Of a stretch of DNA of 64,000 bases, positions 49,338-62,698 are shown piece by piece. The notes under the pieces were generated by a model. The model had not been told where the DNA came from. It saw only the letters and a list, made by a program, of their open reading frames with translations, and searched no databases. This DNA comes from Planctomycetota bacterium (GTDB lineage Bacteria; Planctomycetota; UBA1135; UBA2386), in assembly GCA_046290465.1 (NCBI GenBank), contig JBKAGP010000001.1, forward strand, positions 4,704,001 to 4,768,000, written 5' to 3'. Position numbers and translations under genes: made by a program. The first letter of the stretch is position 1; the number at the start of each line of letters is the position of its first letter.

Positions 49338-49841
49338 ATGGCCGATCCCGCCCGCGAACGACTGCTGCCTCCAGCCTTGTTGCTGTTCCTGCTTGGGGTT
49401 GCGCTCGTGTTGGGGTGGTCGGTGGCGACCCGGCACCCGAGCCCGGATCTGGACGGCTGCATCGAACTGCTCGGCGACGGCGACCTCGACCGGGACGAAC
49501 GCGAGCGCATGCTGCTGCGGACCATCGATCTGGCCCTGCAGGACGAGACCGCGCGCGGCCGCATGGCGGGTCGCCTCGCGGCCCTGGCGCTGCAGGAGCG
49601 CGTGCCGTTCGCCAGGCTGGCGTCGGCGGTGGACGGGCTCGAGCTGTCCCCCGAACAGCGGCGCTGGCTCGACCTCGGCGATCCGCTGCTCGCGAACGTA
49701 CTCGAGGCCCGGCTGCTCGAGGGCGCCGGCGACCAGGCACGCGCCCGCACCAAATGGGCGCAGGTGGCGGCGCAGGCCCGCATGGTCGGCAACGGGCTGG
49801 CGACCGAGCAGGCCGCCGCGGCGGTCGAACGCCTGCGCTGA
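49338..49841 (+). CDS. Hypothetical membrane-anchored helical protein
   Basis: N-terminal TM segment, coding-like codon bias, upstream of the PilT-like pair. Confidence 0.7.
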   Translation: MADPARERLLPPALLLFLLGVALVLGWSVATRHPSPDLDGCIELLGDGDLDRDERERMLLRTIDLALQDETARGRMAGRLAALALQERVPFARLASAVDGLELSPEQRRWLDLGDPLLANVLEARLLEGAGDQARARTKWAQVAAQARMVGNGLATEQAAAAVERLR

Positions 49842-49913
49842 CGCCCGCCCTGGTCGGGCCGTCTCAAGCCCAACCGCCGATGCGACCGATCAACCGGACG
49901 CGGAGGCAAAGGT

Positions 49914-51271
<1,358 letters not shown>

Positions 51272-51272
<1 letters not shown>

Positions 51273-52339
51273 TGGACTCCAAGCGATTGGACTCGCTGCT
51301 CGCGTCGACGACGCGTCTCGGCGCCTCGGCGCTCCACCTGATCCCCGGCCGCGCGCCGGCGCTGCGCGTGCAGCGTCGCTTCGTCGAAGGCGACGAGACC
51401 GTGGTGCAGCCCGAGGACATCGAAGAACTGACGCGCGACATGATGTTCTCGGACCACCGGGAGCAGCTGTCGCGGTTCGGCTTCGTCGAGGTGCTCTACG
51501 TCTCCCGCGGCGGCGACCGCTACCGCGCGACCATCGCGCAGGCGCACGGCCTGCGCACGCTGGTGATGCGCCCGGTGCCGGCCGAGTCGCCGCAGCTCGA
51601 GCAGCTCGAACTGCCCGAGCAGATCGCCGGCTTCGCGCGGTGCCGTCAGGGCTTCGTCGCCGTCGCCGGCTTCTTCGGCAGCGGCAAGAGCACGACGCTG
51701 GCGGCGATCGTCGACGCGTGCAACGAGGACGCCTCGCGGCACATCGTGTCGATCGAGGACTCGATCGAGGTCGTGCACGACAACGGCGCGGCGCTGCTGC
51801 ACCAACGTGAGGTCGGCACGCACGTCGCGTCGGCGGCGGAAGGCGTGCGGCAGGCGGTGGCCTCGGGGGCCGACGTGATCGTCGTCTCCGAGGTGCACGA
51901 CGAGGCGACCCTCGACGCCGCGCTCGGCGCGGCCGAATCCGGCTGCCTGGTGTTCGTCGGCGTCGAGGCCGGTTCGATCGTCGGCGCGCTCGCCGAAATG
52001 ACTTCATTGACGGCGGTCGAGCACCGCCCGCGGCTGCGCACGCGCATCGCGCGCTCGCTGCGCGGCATCACCGCGCAGAGCCTGCTGCACCGTTCGCACA
52101 AGGGTGGCCGGGTGCCGGTCGTCGAAGTGGCGGTCGGCAGTCCCGCGGTGCGAACGGCGATTCGCGGCGGCAGGCTGCAGGACCTCGGCGGCATCATGAA
52201 GCGCTGTCGCGGCCTGGGCATGCAGACGATCGACGCCGCGCTGCGCGGTCTGCTCGGGCGCCATCTGGTGACCGAGGAAGAGGCCCTGCTGCACGCGGGC
52301 AATCGCGAGGAAGTGCTCGCGCGGCTGCCGGGCCGCTAG
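51272..52339 (+). CDS. pilT: PilT/PilU family type IV pilus retraction ATPase homologue
   Basis: GFFGSGKSTTLAA, HIVSIEDSIE, QREVG, GRVPVVEV, GMQTID. Confidence 0.8.
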
Positions 52340-52388
52340 GCGATCGCGGGTGATCGCGCTGGCATCGATGTTTTCTGATGCCGGCCGC

Positions 52389-52415
52389 TAAAGCCCGCGC
52401 GCGTCGTTCCGACCA
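52389..52415 (+). promoter_or_regulatory. Sigma-28 (FliA)-type promoter candidate for flagellin
   Basis: TAAA-N15-TCCGACCA versus consensus TAAA-N15-GCCGATAA. Confidence 0.6.
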
Positions 52416-52484
52416 TCATTGTGAGCCGCTCGATCGAAGGCGGCTTCGCCTTACGGCGAATCAGGCACAGGCAAAGGAAGAGTC

Positions 52485-53315
52485 ATGGGACTGAGAGTCA
52501 ACACCAACATTGCGTCGATCAATGCCCAGCGAAACACCTCGCAGGTCACCGGTCGACTCGCGCGCAACTACCAGCGTCTGTCGACGGGTCTGCGCATCTC
52601 GACGGCCGCGGACGACGCGGCCGGCCTCGCGATCTCGGAGCGTCTGCGTTCGCAGGTCCGCTCACTGTCGCAGGCATCGCGGAACGCCAACGACGGCATC
52701 TCGCTGGTGCAGGTCGGAGAAGGTGCGCTCAACGAAGTGAGCAACATCCTCGTCCGTCTGCGCGAACTCGCGATCCAGTCGGCCAACGGTTCGTCGTCGA
52801 CGGCGGACAAGAACACGATCAAGGAAGAGTTCGACAGCCTCGTCAACGAGATCAACCGGATCGCCCAGTCGACCGAGTTCAACGGCATCAAGCTGCTGGA
52901 CGGTTCGGCGAGCTCGGTGCAGTTCCAGGTCGGCATCAACACGACGGCGGGCATCGACCAGCTCAACGTGTCGTTGACGCCGGCGCTGACCACCACGCTC
53001 GGTCTGTCGACGGTCGACGTCGGCTCGGGTGGCGACACCAGCTACGCGATCACCCAGATCGACACCGCGATCAACGACGTCTCGCAGCTGCGCGGTCGCT
53101 TCGGCTCGCTGCAGAACCGACTGCAGTCGACGATCGCCAACCTCGGCGTCGCCGCCGAATCGCTGTCGGCCGCGGAGAGCCGCATCCGCGACGTCGACGT
53201 GGCCTACGAGACCGCACAGCTGACGCGGAACAACATCCTGCAGCAGGCGTCGATCTCGATCTTGTCGCAGGCCAACTCCCAGCCGCAGGCCGCCCTGCAG
53301 CTGCTGCAGGGCTAA
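52485..53315 (+). CDS. fliC: Flagellin (short, 276 aa)
   Basis: RVNTNIAS, RLSTGLRI..AADDAAGLAI, NANDGISL.Q, FNGIKLLDG, AESRIRDVD, QANSQPQ..LQLL. Confidence 0.97.
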   Translation: MGLRVNTNIASINAQRNTSQVTGRLARNYQRLSTGLRISTAADDAAGLAISERLRSQVRSLSQASRNANDGISLVQVGEGALNEVSNILVRLRELAIQSANGSSSTADKNTIKEEFDSLVNEINRIAQSTEFNGIKLLDGSASSVQFQVGINTTAGIDQLNVSLTPALTTTLGLSTVDVGSGGDTSYAITQIDTAINDVSQLRGRFGSLQNRLQSTIANLGVAAESLSAAESRIRDVDVAYETAQLTRNNILQQASISILSQANSQPQAALQLLQG

Positions 53316-53445
53316 GCCCGGCAGGCGGCGCCGTGATCGGCGCCGCGGCATGAACGATCAAGCCAGCACCCTTGCTGGCGCCCGCGGGCCGCAGACCCGC
53401 GGGAACAGAGCGGTTCCTTTGCCGCAGCGGGGGTCACTCCGCTTT

Positions 53446-53479
53446 GGAATCAGCCGGGTTCTCCCGGCTGATTCCTTGT
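53446..53479. terminator. Hairpin terminator between convergent fliC and lptB
   Basis: GGAATCAGCCGGG-TTCT-CCCGGCTGATTCC, 13-bp perfect stem. Confidence 0.7.
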
Positions 53480-53500
53480 ACCGAGCGCTTCTCGGACGCG

Positions 53501-54325
53501 TCAGTCGTCGAGCTCGAGGCCGCGCTCTTCCTCTTCGGTGATGCCTTCGCCGAACGAGCTGCCGAGGTAGACGCGCCGGACCTGCTCGTCGGCGACGATC
53601 GACTGCGCGTCGCCGTTGGCGATCACCTTGCCGGCGTTGATGATGTAGGCGCGGTGGGTGATGCGCAGCGTCGCGATCACGTTGTGCTCGGTGATCAGGA
53701 TCGCGATGCCGGACCGGGCCAGCGCCGCCAGGATCTGCTGGATCTCCTCGACGGTGATCGGGTCGACGCCGGCGAACGGCTCGTCGAGCAGCAGCAGCCG
53801 CGGTTCGGTTGCCAGCGCGCGCGCGATCTCGAGGCGGCGCTTCTCGCCGCCGGACATGGTCTCGGCGATCGAGTCGGCGACGTGCATCAGCTGCAGGTCC
53901 TGCATCAGCTCGCGGGCGCGGTCCTCGCGCTCGGACCGCTTCATCCCGCGCGCCTCGAGCACGCAGCGGATGTTGTCGATCGCCGACATCTTCTTGAACA
54001 CCGACTCCTGCTGCGCGAGGTAGCCGAGGCCGCGGCGGGCGCGTCGGTACATCGGCTGCTTGGTCACGTCCTCGCCGTTGAGCATGACGCGACCCTGGTC
54101 GGGCGTGACCATGCCGACGACCATGCGGAACGTCGTGGTCTTGCCGGCGCCGTTGGGACCGAGCAGGCCGACGATCTCGCCCTCGCGCACGCTCAGGCTG
54201 ACCTGGTCGACGACGCGGCGGCCGCGGTACGCCTTGACCAGCTTCTCGGTGTGCAGGATCTCCTCGGCTTCCTGCCCGTCCGGCACCGCGAGGTCCGGAG
54301 CTGCGTCGAGGTCGTCGAGGCTCAT
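53501..54325 (-). CDS. lptB: LPS export ABC transporter ATP-binding protein
   Basis: GLLGPNGAGKTTTF, MYRRARRGLGYL, SGGEKRRLEIARAL, LDEPFAGVDP, ITEHNV, VRRVYLG. Confidence 0.93.
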   Translation of the reverse strand: MSLDDLDAAPDLAVPDGQEAEEILHTEKLVKAYRGRRVVDQVSLSVREGEIVGLLGPNGAGKTTTFRMVVGMVTPDQGRVMLNGEDVTKQPMYRRARRGLGYLAQQESVFKKMSAIDNIRCVLEARGMKRSEREDRARELMQDLQLMHVADSIAETMSGGEKRRLEIARALATEPRLLLLDEPFAGVDPITVEEIQQILAALARSGIAILITEHNVIATLRITHRAYIINAGKVIANGDAQSIVADEQVRRVYLGSSFGEGITEEEERGLELDD

Positions 54326-55962
54326 CGCACGAAGCCGCCGCGGTCCGGCCACTCGTTGCCGAACAGCCAGCTGAACGGGCGGATCGGGTAGAAGACCATC
54401 AGCGCGCGGCCCTCGATGTCCTCGCGCGCCACGAACGAGATGCCCTTGGCGTTGATCGTGTCGACCGCCGAGAACACGCCCTCGGGATCGCCGTCCTGCG
54501 CATTGCTGTGGCGGAACGTCACTTCCGGTCCCCAGTCGGGCCCGAGCTTGGCGTTGAGCCGCAGGATCTCGCCGAACTCGTCGATCATCACGATCGCGTT
54601 CTCCTTCGGCAGGCCGATCGGCGTCTCGTCGCGGTCCGGCGGGTTGTCGAGGTCCATCGCGCGCTTGTTGCCGCGGATCTTGCGCACCGCCTTCGGGCTG
54701 TCGACCGGCACGACGTTGTCGTTCTCGTCGACCGCGATCGTGATCGCCGTCCAGCCGCGCGAGTCGATCGACTGGCGCACGTTGTCGCCGAGCATGTAGT
54801 AGTGACCCTCGGGCACCTCGATGATGTCGGGGTTCTTGTCGTTGGCGTAGTGCTGGTCGCGGTCGATGCGCACGTTGCCGAACGACACCGTGCCCTTGCC
54901 GCTGCAGACGAACTGCGGGATTACCTTGCGGTTGGATGCCGGCTTCGAACCTTCGAGGATGCAGCCCTCTCTAACGGCCCATTGCTCGCTGTCCCAGCGG
55001 ACCAGCTCGCTGCCGTCCTGCCACGCGATCAGGCGGTCGTCGACGTGGGCGAACGACAGGTTGCTCGCCGCGCCGGCGGTGATGGCGACGTCGAAGGACT
55101 CCGACTTGCCGAGCACCTTGCTGGCGTCCCGCACCTCGACGCGGCCCTTGCCACCCTCCACGACGAACGCGTAGACGACCCGGTCGTGGTTCGGCCGGAT
55201 CACCTCGATCTCGATCGCGAACGACTGCTGCACCTGCGTCATGGTCACGTCGGCCGACAGGCGGACGTCGGGGCAGATCTCGAGCGGCATGTAGCCGGCC
55301 TGGTAGCTGGGCAGCGTGGCTTCCCGGATGTTCGCGGCGACGTTGGCGGGGTAGCCGTCCCAGACTCGTTCGACCATGCCGCCGTCGGCCTCGTCGCGGA
55401 AGTAGAGGCGCACCTGCTTGCCGTCGGGCTCCAGCGTGAACCCGTCCTCGGTCTCCGACGCCGCCCGGCTCGGCGACGCCCCCCAGATCTGGCCGAGCGC
55501 CTTCGTCTCCGAGCGCGCATCGCGACGCAGCGGGTAGACGTTCTTCCACATCAGCTCCTGCAGGTCGTCCGGCTTGCGCAGGATCGTGTACTTCGCCGAC
55601 GCGCCGTCGCCCTCGACCTGGTCGACGTTGCCGCCCCCGATCGACAGGCGGTCGTTCGGCATGCCGACGATGCGCTTGACGTAGTTCTGGTTCTTCTGCA
55701 GCGGGTACTTGAACACCGTGATGTCCCAACGCTGCGGCTCGCGGAAGGTCTGGATCAGCTTGTTGACCAGGATGCGGTCGTAGACGCCCGCCTCGTTGCT
55801 GCCCATCAGGGTGGGCTGCATCGACGACGTCGGGATCTGGTAGGCCTCGATGCAGAACCACTTCAGCAGCACGGCGGCGAGGATCGCGACGCCGAACGCC
55901 TCGAGGTTGTGGCGGATCGGTCCGACCAGGATCGGCTTCTTGGCCTTCTTGTCTTTGCTCAT
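54322..55962 (-). CDS. lepB: Signal peptidase I with a large inserted domain
   Basis: IPTSSMQPTL (Ser), NYVKRIVG (Lys), GDNVRQSIDSR. Confidence 0.92.
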   Translation of the reverse strand: MSKDKKAKKPILVGPIRHNLEAFGVAILAAVLLKWFCIEAYQIPTSSMQPTLMGSNEAGVYDRILVNKLIQTFREPQRWDITVFKYPLQKNQNYVKRIVGMPNDRLSIGGGNVDQVEGDGASAKYTILRKPDDLQELMWKNVYPLRRDARSETKALGQIWGASPSRAASETEDGFTLEPDGKQVRLYFRDEADGGMVERVWDGYPANVAANIREATLPSYQAGYMPLEICPDVRLSADVTMTQVQQSFAIEIEVIRPNHDRVVYAFVVEGGKGRVEVRDASKVLGKSESFDVAITAGAASNLSFAHVDDRLIAWQDGSELVRWDSEQWAVREGCILEGSKPASNRKVIPQFVCSGKGTVSFGNVRIDRDQHYANDKNPDIIEVPEGHYYMLGDNVRQSIDSRGWTAITIAVDENDNVVPVDSPKAVRKIRGNKRAMDLDNPPDRDETPIGLPKENAIVMIDEFGEILRLNAKLGPDWGPEVTFRHSNAQDGDPEGVFSAVDTINAKGISFVAREDIEGRALMVFYPIRPFSWLFGNEWPDRGGFVR

Positions 55963-56068
55963 GACGGGAGGTCCGGCAGGCGCCGGCGCGCGCGAATGGT
56001 AGGCGGGCACCGCTGTGGCGCAAAGGTGGTTCGGGTCTGGCGCGCGGTTCGTCCGTAGACTGACGAAC

Positions 56069-57451
56069 ATGAGGGTCTCCACGCTCCCGATCTTCGCGCT
56101 CCTGGTGGCCGGCTGCGCCACCGCCCCGTCGCCGCTGGGCGAAGTGGGGCGGATCCTGGCGGCCCATGACGACCATCCGGTGCAGGTCTGCGCACTGGTC
56201 GTCGATCTCGACACCGGTGAGACCGTGCTGTCGCGCGAGGCGCAGCGGCTGTGCCGGCCGGCGTCGACGATGAAGCTGCTGACGACTTCGTCGATCTGCC
56301 GCCGCGATGTCGACCGGCCGTTCGTGACCCAGGCGATCTGCGACGGCACGCCCGCGGGAGAACTGGTGCTGATCGGCGACGGCGATCCGTTCTTGAGCAC
56401 GGCCAACTTGCGCTGGATGGCCGACAACCTGGCCGCGCAGGGGGTCGAGAAGATCGATGGCTGGGTGCGCGTGATGGACCCGCTGTCCGGCGCGCCGCGC
56501 TGGGGTGAGGGCTGGATGTGGGACGACGAACCGTCGACGTTCCAGCCGCTGTTCTCGGGCATCCCGGTCGACCGCGGCTGCGTCACGGTCGCGCTGTCGG
56601 GCGAGGCCGACTCGTTCGCCGCCGAACTGCTGCCGGTGGCCGGCGATCTGCGCACCGAGGTTGCGAGCTTCGGCGGCGGTCTGCGCGTGTCGCGCGGGCG
56701 CTACCGCGAGCCGGACGTGGTCCGGGTGACCGGCGGCCTGCCCGACGGCGAGCCGACCACGCGTCGCATCAGCGTGCCGGATCCGGCGCGGTTCACCGGC
56801 AAGGTGTTCGCCGACGCGCTGCGGCGCGCGGGCATCGACTGCCAGGACGGCGTCGAGGTCGAGGCGCGTCGCGAGGTCGCCGCCGGCATCACCACGCAGT
56901 TCGAACGTTCGCTCGCGGACGTCGTCGTCGAGACCAACAAGGTCAGCGACAACCTCGGCGCCGAACTGTTGCTGCGCCGCCTCGCCTCGATGAGCGAGCT
57001 GCACGCGGTCGACCTCGGGCCGGAGTCGGAGACGATCGGATGCATGACGGTCGCCGCCGACCTCGAGGACCTCGGCGTCGCGGTCGACGGCTTTCGCATC
57101 GCCGACGGCAGCGGCGTGTCGCACTACAACCTGGTCAGCGCCGACCTGTTGGTGCGCATCCTCGTCGACATGGACCGGCGCGACGACGCCGGCGGGCGCC
57201 TGTTCCGCCGCAGTCTGCCGATCGCCGGTGTCGACGGCACCCTGAAGAACCGCATGAAGGGCTCCGCCGCCGAGCGTCGCGTTTCGGCCAAGACCGGCAC
57301 GATCTCGGCGGTCAGCAACCTCGCCGGCTACGTCGAGACCCGCTCCGGCCGGCGGCTCGCGTTCGCGATCCTCTGCCAGAACTTCGTCGGCTCGGCGCGG
57401 CCGTGGCGTCAGCTGCAGGATCGCATCTGCGCCGAGCTGGCGGAGCTGTGA
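56069..57451 (+). CDS. dacB: D-alanyl-D-alanine carboxypeptidase/endopeptidase (PBP4, peptidase S13), lipoprotein
   Basis: Lipobox VAG-C; PASTMK (SxxK), SDN, DGSGVS, KTGT. Confidence 0.93.
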   Translation: MRVSTLPIFALLVAGCATAPSPLGEVGRILAAHDDHPVQVCALVVDLDTGETVLSREAQRLCRPASTMKLLTTSSICRRDVDRPFVTQAICDGTPAGELVLIGDGDPFLSTANLRWMADNLAAQGVEKIDGWVRVMDPLSGAPRWGEGWMWDDEPSTFQPLFSGIPVDRGCVTVALSGEADSFAAELLPVAGDLRTEVASFGGGLRVSRGRYREPDVVRVTGGLPDGEPTTRRISVPDPARFTGKVFADALRRAGIDCQDGVEVEARREVAAGITTQFERSLADVVVETNKVSDNLGAELLLRRLASMSELHAVDLGPESETIGCMTVAADLEDLGVAVDGFRIADGSGVSHYNLVSADLLVRILVDMDRRDDAGGRLFRRSLPIAGVDGTLKNRMKGSAAERRVSAKTGTISAVSNLAGYVETRSGRRLAFAILCQNFVGSARPWRQLQDRICAELAEL

Positions 57452-57556
57452 GGGTCAGAGGCTGCGCACTGCACGGGGTTATCGTTTAGCAGTGCGTATT
57501 GAAATGTAAGGCAGCATTGCCCCCAGGAAATCGACGCATTCGGCGATGGTAGCGGC

Positions 57557-57867
57557 ATGGAAACGACCCGCGCCGCAGTCCCCGTTCGCCTGTGGAGCCG
57601 CTTCGCCGACGGCGTGCTTGCCGCCGCCATCGGGCACGGCCTGATGGTCACCTACGGCATCTGCACCGCCGGGCTCGAGGCGGCGGTGCCTTGGGCGTGG
57701 CTGCTCTTCGGCGTCGTGCAGCTCGTCTAGTCGTGCCGCTGCTGCTGGCGTTCGCGATCACCGGGCGGCCGGCGGCGGTGCTCGGCGTCGCCGCCGCGGC
57801 AGCCGCGACCGCCGCGCCGCTGTTCGTGATCAGGCTGACGGGTGGCCTGAACGTGCTGCCGTTCTGA
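57557..57867 (+). pseudogene. Small membrane protein gene interrupted by an apparent 1-nt deletion
   Basis: ATG 57557 reads ...LLFGVVQLV then TAG at 57728-57730; the hydrophobic continuation VVPLLLAFAI... resumes at 57730 in the -1 frame. Confidence 0.6.
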
Positions 57868-57919
57868 GCGTGCCGCTCGAGCGGAGGAGCCGTCGGTCCC
57901 GCGCGCAGGCGCCTGCGCC

Positions 57920-59731
<1,812 letters not shown>

Positions 59732-59959
59732 GTGGGTTGTCGCTCGCAGCGGGCGGTTTCGGGGCTCAGTGTCCGATCCGGCGCGGGCGCGCGCCAGCGA
59801 GATCGGGGCGAAGCATGGTAGGGCGGGGCGCGGGACGGGCAAGCGGGTTCGGCGTCCAGGCAGCTCCGGAATGCGCTCCGACGGCTCGGAGCCGCCGTCC
59901 GGACGGCCGATGCGTCACGCTCGGGCCAATTCGGCCAGCGCCGGCGGGCGCGGGCGCGG

Positions 59960-61180
59960 CTACGGACCGCGCTTGCGGGTGGCGCGGACCTCGCGCAGCA
60001 CGAGCGCGAGGAACAGCAGGCACACCCAGACCTTGAGCATGCCGATCGGCGTGCCGGGGAACGCCCGCGACAGCACGGAGCTCAGCGTCAGCGTGGCGAA
60101 GGCCATCGCGCCGAGCAGCCAGGCGAGCCCGCGTTCGCCGCGATCGATGGCAAGGGCCAGCAGCAGGCCGAGCGGCGGCACCATCAGCGAGTAGGTGTTG
60201 CGTTCGGTCCCCGAGCCGAACAGCAGGATGTAGCCCATCGTGAAGCTGATCAGGAAGAAGCCCTGCCGGCTGTTCTCGACGCGGCGGTGGACCAGCACGC
60301 AGAGCGCCAGCGTCGCGACGGCGAACCCCGCGCGCAGCGCGAACCGCGCCGGGATCCCGACCGGGACGCCGAGCGACTGCAGCAGCGCCGGGAGGTGGTA
60401 GAAGAGCTCGGTCTGCTCGCGGTTGGACGCCGTGCGCAGCATCTCCGGGACCGCGGCGTACTGCGACCAGACGTAGTCGAAGCTCTGGAACGCGAACGGC
60501 AGCGCGAAGAACAGCACCGACGCGACCGCGAGGCGCCACGTGACCCGCGGACAGAGGAACGGCGCGATCAGCAGCAGCACTACCGCCAGCGGCTTGAGCG
60601 CCACCGCGCCTGCCAGCGCCAGCGCCGCCGGCCACCAGCGTTCGCGCTGCAGCCACGCGACGGCGAGCATCATCACGCCGCCCATCGCCAGCGTCATCTG
60701 CCCGTGCCGCGCGCAGCTCCACGTCAGCGCCGCGACGACCAGGCTGACGAGCGGGAACCACCGCCGGGCCGACCGGGTCGCCCCGCAGTCGCGCAGCAGC
60801 CGCCACGTTCCGAGGACGAACACCATCAGCGTCACGACGCGCCAGATCGCGCCGCCGATCGCGAACGGCAGCTCTGCCAGCGGCACGAACGGCAGCGCCG
60901 CCCCCGGCAGGTAGTAGAAGCCGCTCTGGTCGTAGAGCGGGCCGCCGTCGAGCCACTGCTGGCCGGCGACCCGGTAGATGTTGTAGACGCTGCCGCGGGT
61001 CGGATCGGCGGTGAGCCGCGCGAGCACGACCGCGAGCGTGTAGACCGTCCACAGCGGCCAGGCGCGCGTCGTGACGTAGGCCCAGAACCTCGCCAGCGGC
61101 GCGCGCGCCGGCTCCGGCTGCTGGCCGTTGCGCTGCTGGCCGGTGCGCTGCTGGGCGATGGGCTGCTCGGAGGTGGTCAG
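59960..61180 (-). CDS. Glycosyltransferase family 87 (DUF2029) membrane protein (start uncertain)
   Basis: Multi-TM; YNIYR..G..WL.G.PLY....FYYLP, HGQMT, ALKPL, TERNTY. Confidence 0.8.
   Translation of the reverse strand: MTTSEQPIAQQRTGQQRNGQQPEPARAPLARFWAYVTTRAWPLWTVYTLAVVLARLTADPTRGSVYNIYRVAGQQWLDGGPLYDQSGFYYLPGAALPFVPLAELPFAIGGAIWRVVTLMVFVLGTWRLLRDCGATRSARRWFPLVSLVVAALTWSCARHGQMTLAMGGVMMLAVAWLQRERWWPAALALAGAVALKPLAVVLLLIAPFLCPRVTWRLAVASVLFFALPFAFQSFDYVWSQYAAVPEMLRTASNREQTELFYHLPALLQSLGVPVGIPARFALRAGFAVATLALCVLVHRRVENSRQGFFLISFTMGYILLFGSGTERNTYSLMVPPLGLLLALAIDRGERGLAWLLGAMAFATLTLSSVLSRAFPGTPIGMLKVWVCLLFLALVLREVRATRKRGP
61118..61170. repeat. Degenerate 15-bp tandem repeat encoding QQR(T/N)G in the GT87 N-terminus
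   Basis: CTGCTGGCCGTTGCG / CTGCTGGCCGGTGCG / CTGCTGGGCGATGGG. Confidence 0.6.
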
Positions 61181-61378
61181 AGGGGGCTCGCGGGTGCCGC
61201 GCGGGATGGCGCGGTGGGTGGATGATGAGGTTCGGCGAGGGGGTGCGTCCACCACGTTGGACGATCTGTTGGCGAGCACCGTGTCGGGTGGCGACCGAAC
61301 GGCGTCGGCCGCGGGCGCTGCAACGTGCCGGGCTTCGGGCCGTTGTCCAGCGGGCGCCCGCAGCCGGGCGAACACGAC

Positions 61379-62698
61379 ATGAGCCACGCCGACCCTGTTG
61401 CCTCTCCGTTCTTGCACGCCCGCCCGCTTGCGGTGGTCGCGTTGTGCTGCCTCGCCGCCGCCTGCGGAGGGGGTGCTGGCGCCGGTGCCACCGGGACGAC
61501 GCCGGAGGCGGTTGCGGCGCGGACCCACGGCTCGGGGCTGGTGTCGCTCGACCTCGATGTGCTGCGGGCCGCGGGCCGGCGCGTTGCCGAGGGGGTCGGG
61601 CTGCGCGGCGATGGGGGGACGGGGTGGGACTCGCCTCCTTCGGTGTCGATGCGGCCGGCGTCGACGGGGCTGGCACCGACCGAGTCGGCACCGACGAGGC
61701 CGCTGCGGCTCTTCGAGGTCCGCGACGCCAGCGGCCAGGTCTGCAGCCGCCTGCCGCTGCCCGACGACTGGCAGCTGCACCAGCTCGCGGGCGGCCGCTA
61801 CGAGTTGACCGCGCCGGGCGGTGTCAAGGCCAACGCGACCGAGAGCGCCAGCTACGGTTGGTCGGACGACCCGTTCTGTCGGGAGACGATCCAGCGCACC
61901 GGCACCCAGCTGGCGCCGGTGCTGCCGTTGCGGCAGATCGTGAGCGAACGCCTCGAACCCGAGGCGGCGCGCCAGGGCTACCGCCTGACCGACACGTTCG
62001 AACTGCCCGAGCTGCAGGCGCTCTGGCGGGCGTGCGCGGCGGCGATGCCGGCGACCAGCAGCCGCCGCAGCGTGGCCGTGCTGGGCACCGACTGGCAGGG
62101 GCCCGACGGCGCGAGGTCGTGCATCGTCGTGCTGCAGACCGTGGTCGCGTCGCCGCAGTCGTTGAGCTGGACCGTGCAGACGACCGAACTGGAGGCACCG
62201 GCCGAACGGTTCGACGAGGCGCGGCGGACCTGGCTCGACGGGCTGGCGCATGCGCGGATCGACGAACGGTGGCAGCGCGCCAAGGGCATGGAGCTGACGG
62301 CGTCGCTTCGGCAGATCGAGGACCAGGGCCGCCGCTGGATGGAGATCGGTGCCGCGCAGCACCGGCAGCGCATGGCCGACATCGCCGCGGCCGGGCAGGC
62401 GGCGCTGCAGGCCGGACGGGAGTCGAGCGCGCTGCTCGACCGGAGCCACGAGTCGTTCCGCCGGCGTTCGGCCGCCGGTGACGTCGGCCAGGCGCGCGCC
62501 GTCGACGGCATCCACGAGCGTGCCGTCGTGGTCGACCCGCAGAGCGGCCAGCGCTACGAGGTCGAGGCCGGCCACCGCTACTACTGGAGCGACGGTCGCG
62601 GCGGCTACTTCGGCACCGACGACCCCAACCTCGACCCCCGGCTCGATCCGGCGCTGCGCCACCTGCCGTGGGGGCGGATGGACGTGCAGGGGCGCTGA
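61379..62698 (+). CDS. Hypothetical lipoprotein
   Basis: Lipobox LAAA-C; C-terminal VVDPQSGQRYEV...YYWSD..G.YFGTDDPN.DP. Confidence 0.75.
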   Translation: MSHADPVASPFLHARPLAVVALCCLAAACGGGAGAGATGTTPEAVAARTHGSGLVSLDLDVLRAAGRRVAEGVGLRGDGGTGWDSPPSVSMRPASTGLAPTESAPTRPLRLFEVRDASGQVCSRLPLPDDWQLHQLAGGRYELTAPGGVKANATESASYGWSDDPFCRETIQRTGTQLAPVLPLRQIVSERLEPEAARQGYRLTDTFELPELQALWRACAAAMPATSSRRSVAVLGTDWQGPDGARSCIVVLQTVVASPQSLSWTVQTTELEAPAERFDEARRTWLDGLAHARIDERWQRAKGMELTASLRQIEDQGRRWMEIGAAQHRQRMADIAAAGQAALQAGRESSALLDRSHESFRRRSAAGDVGQARAVDGIHERAVVVDPQSGQRYEVEAGHRYYWSDGRGGYFGTDDPNLDPRLDPALRHLPWGRMDVQGR

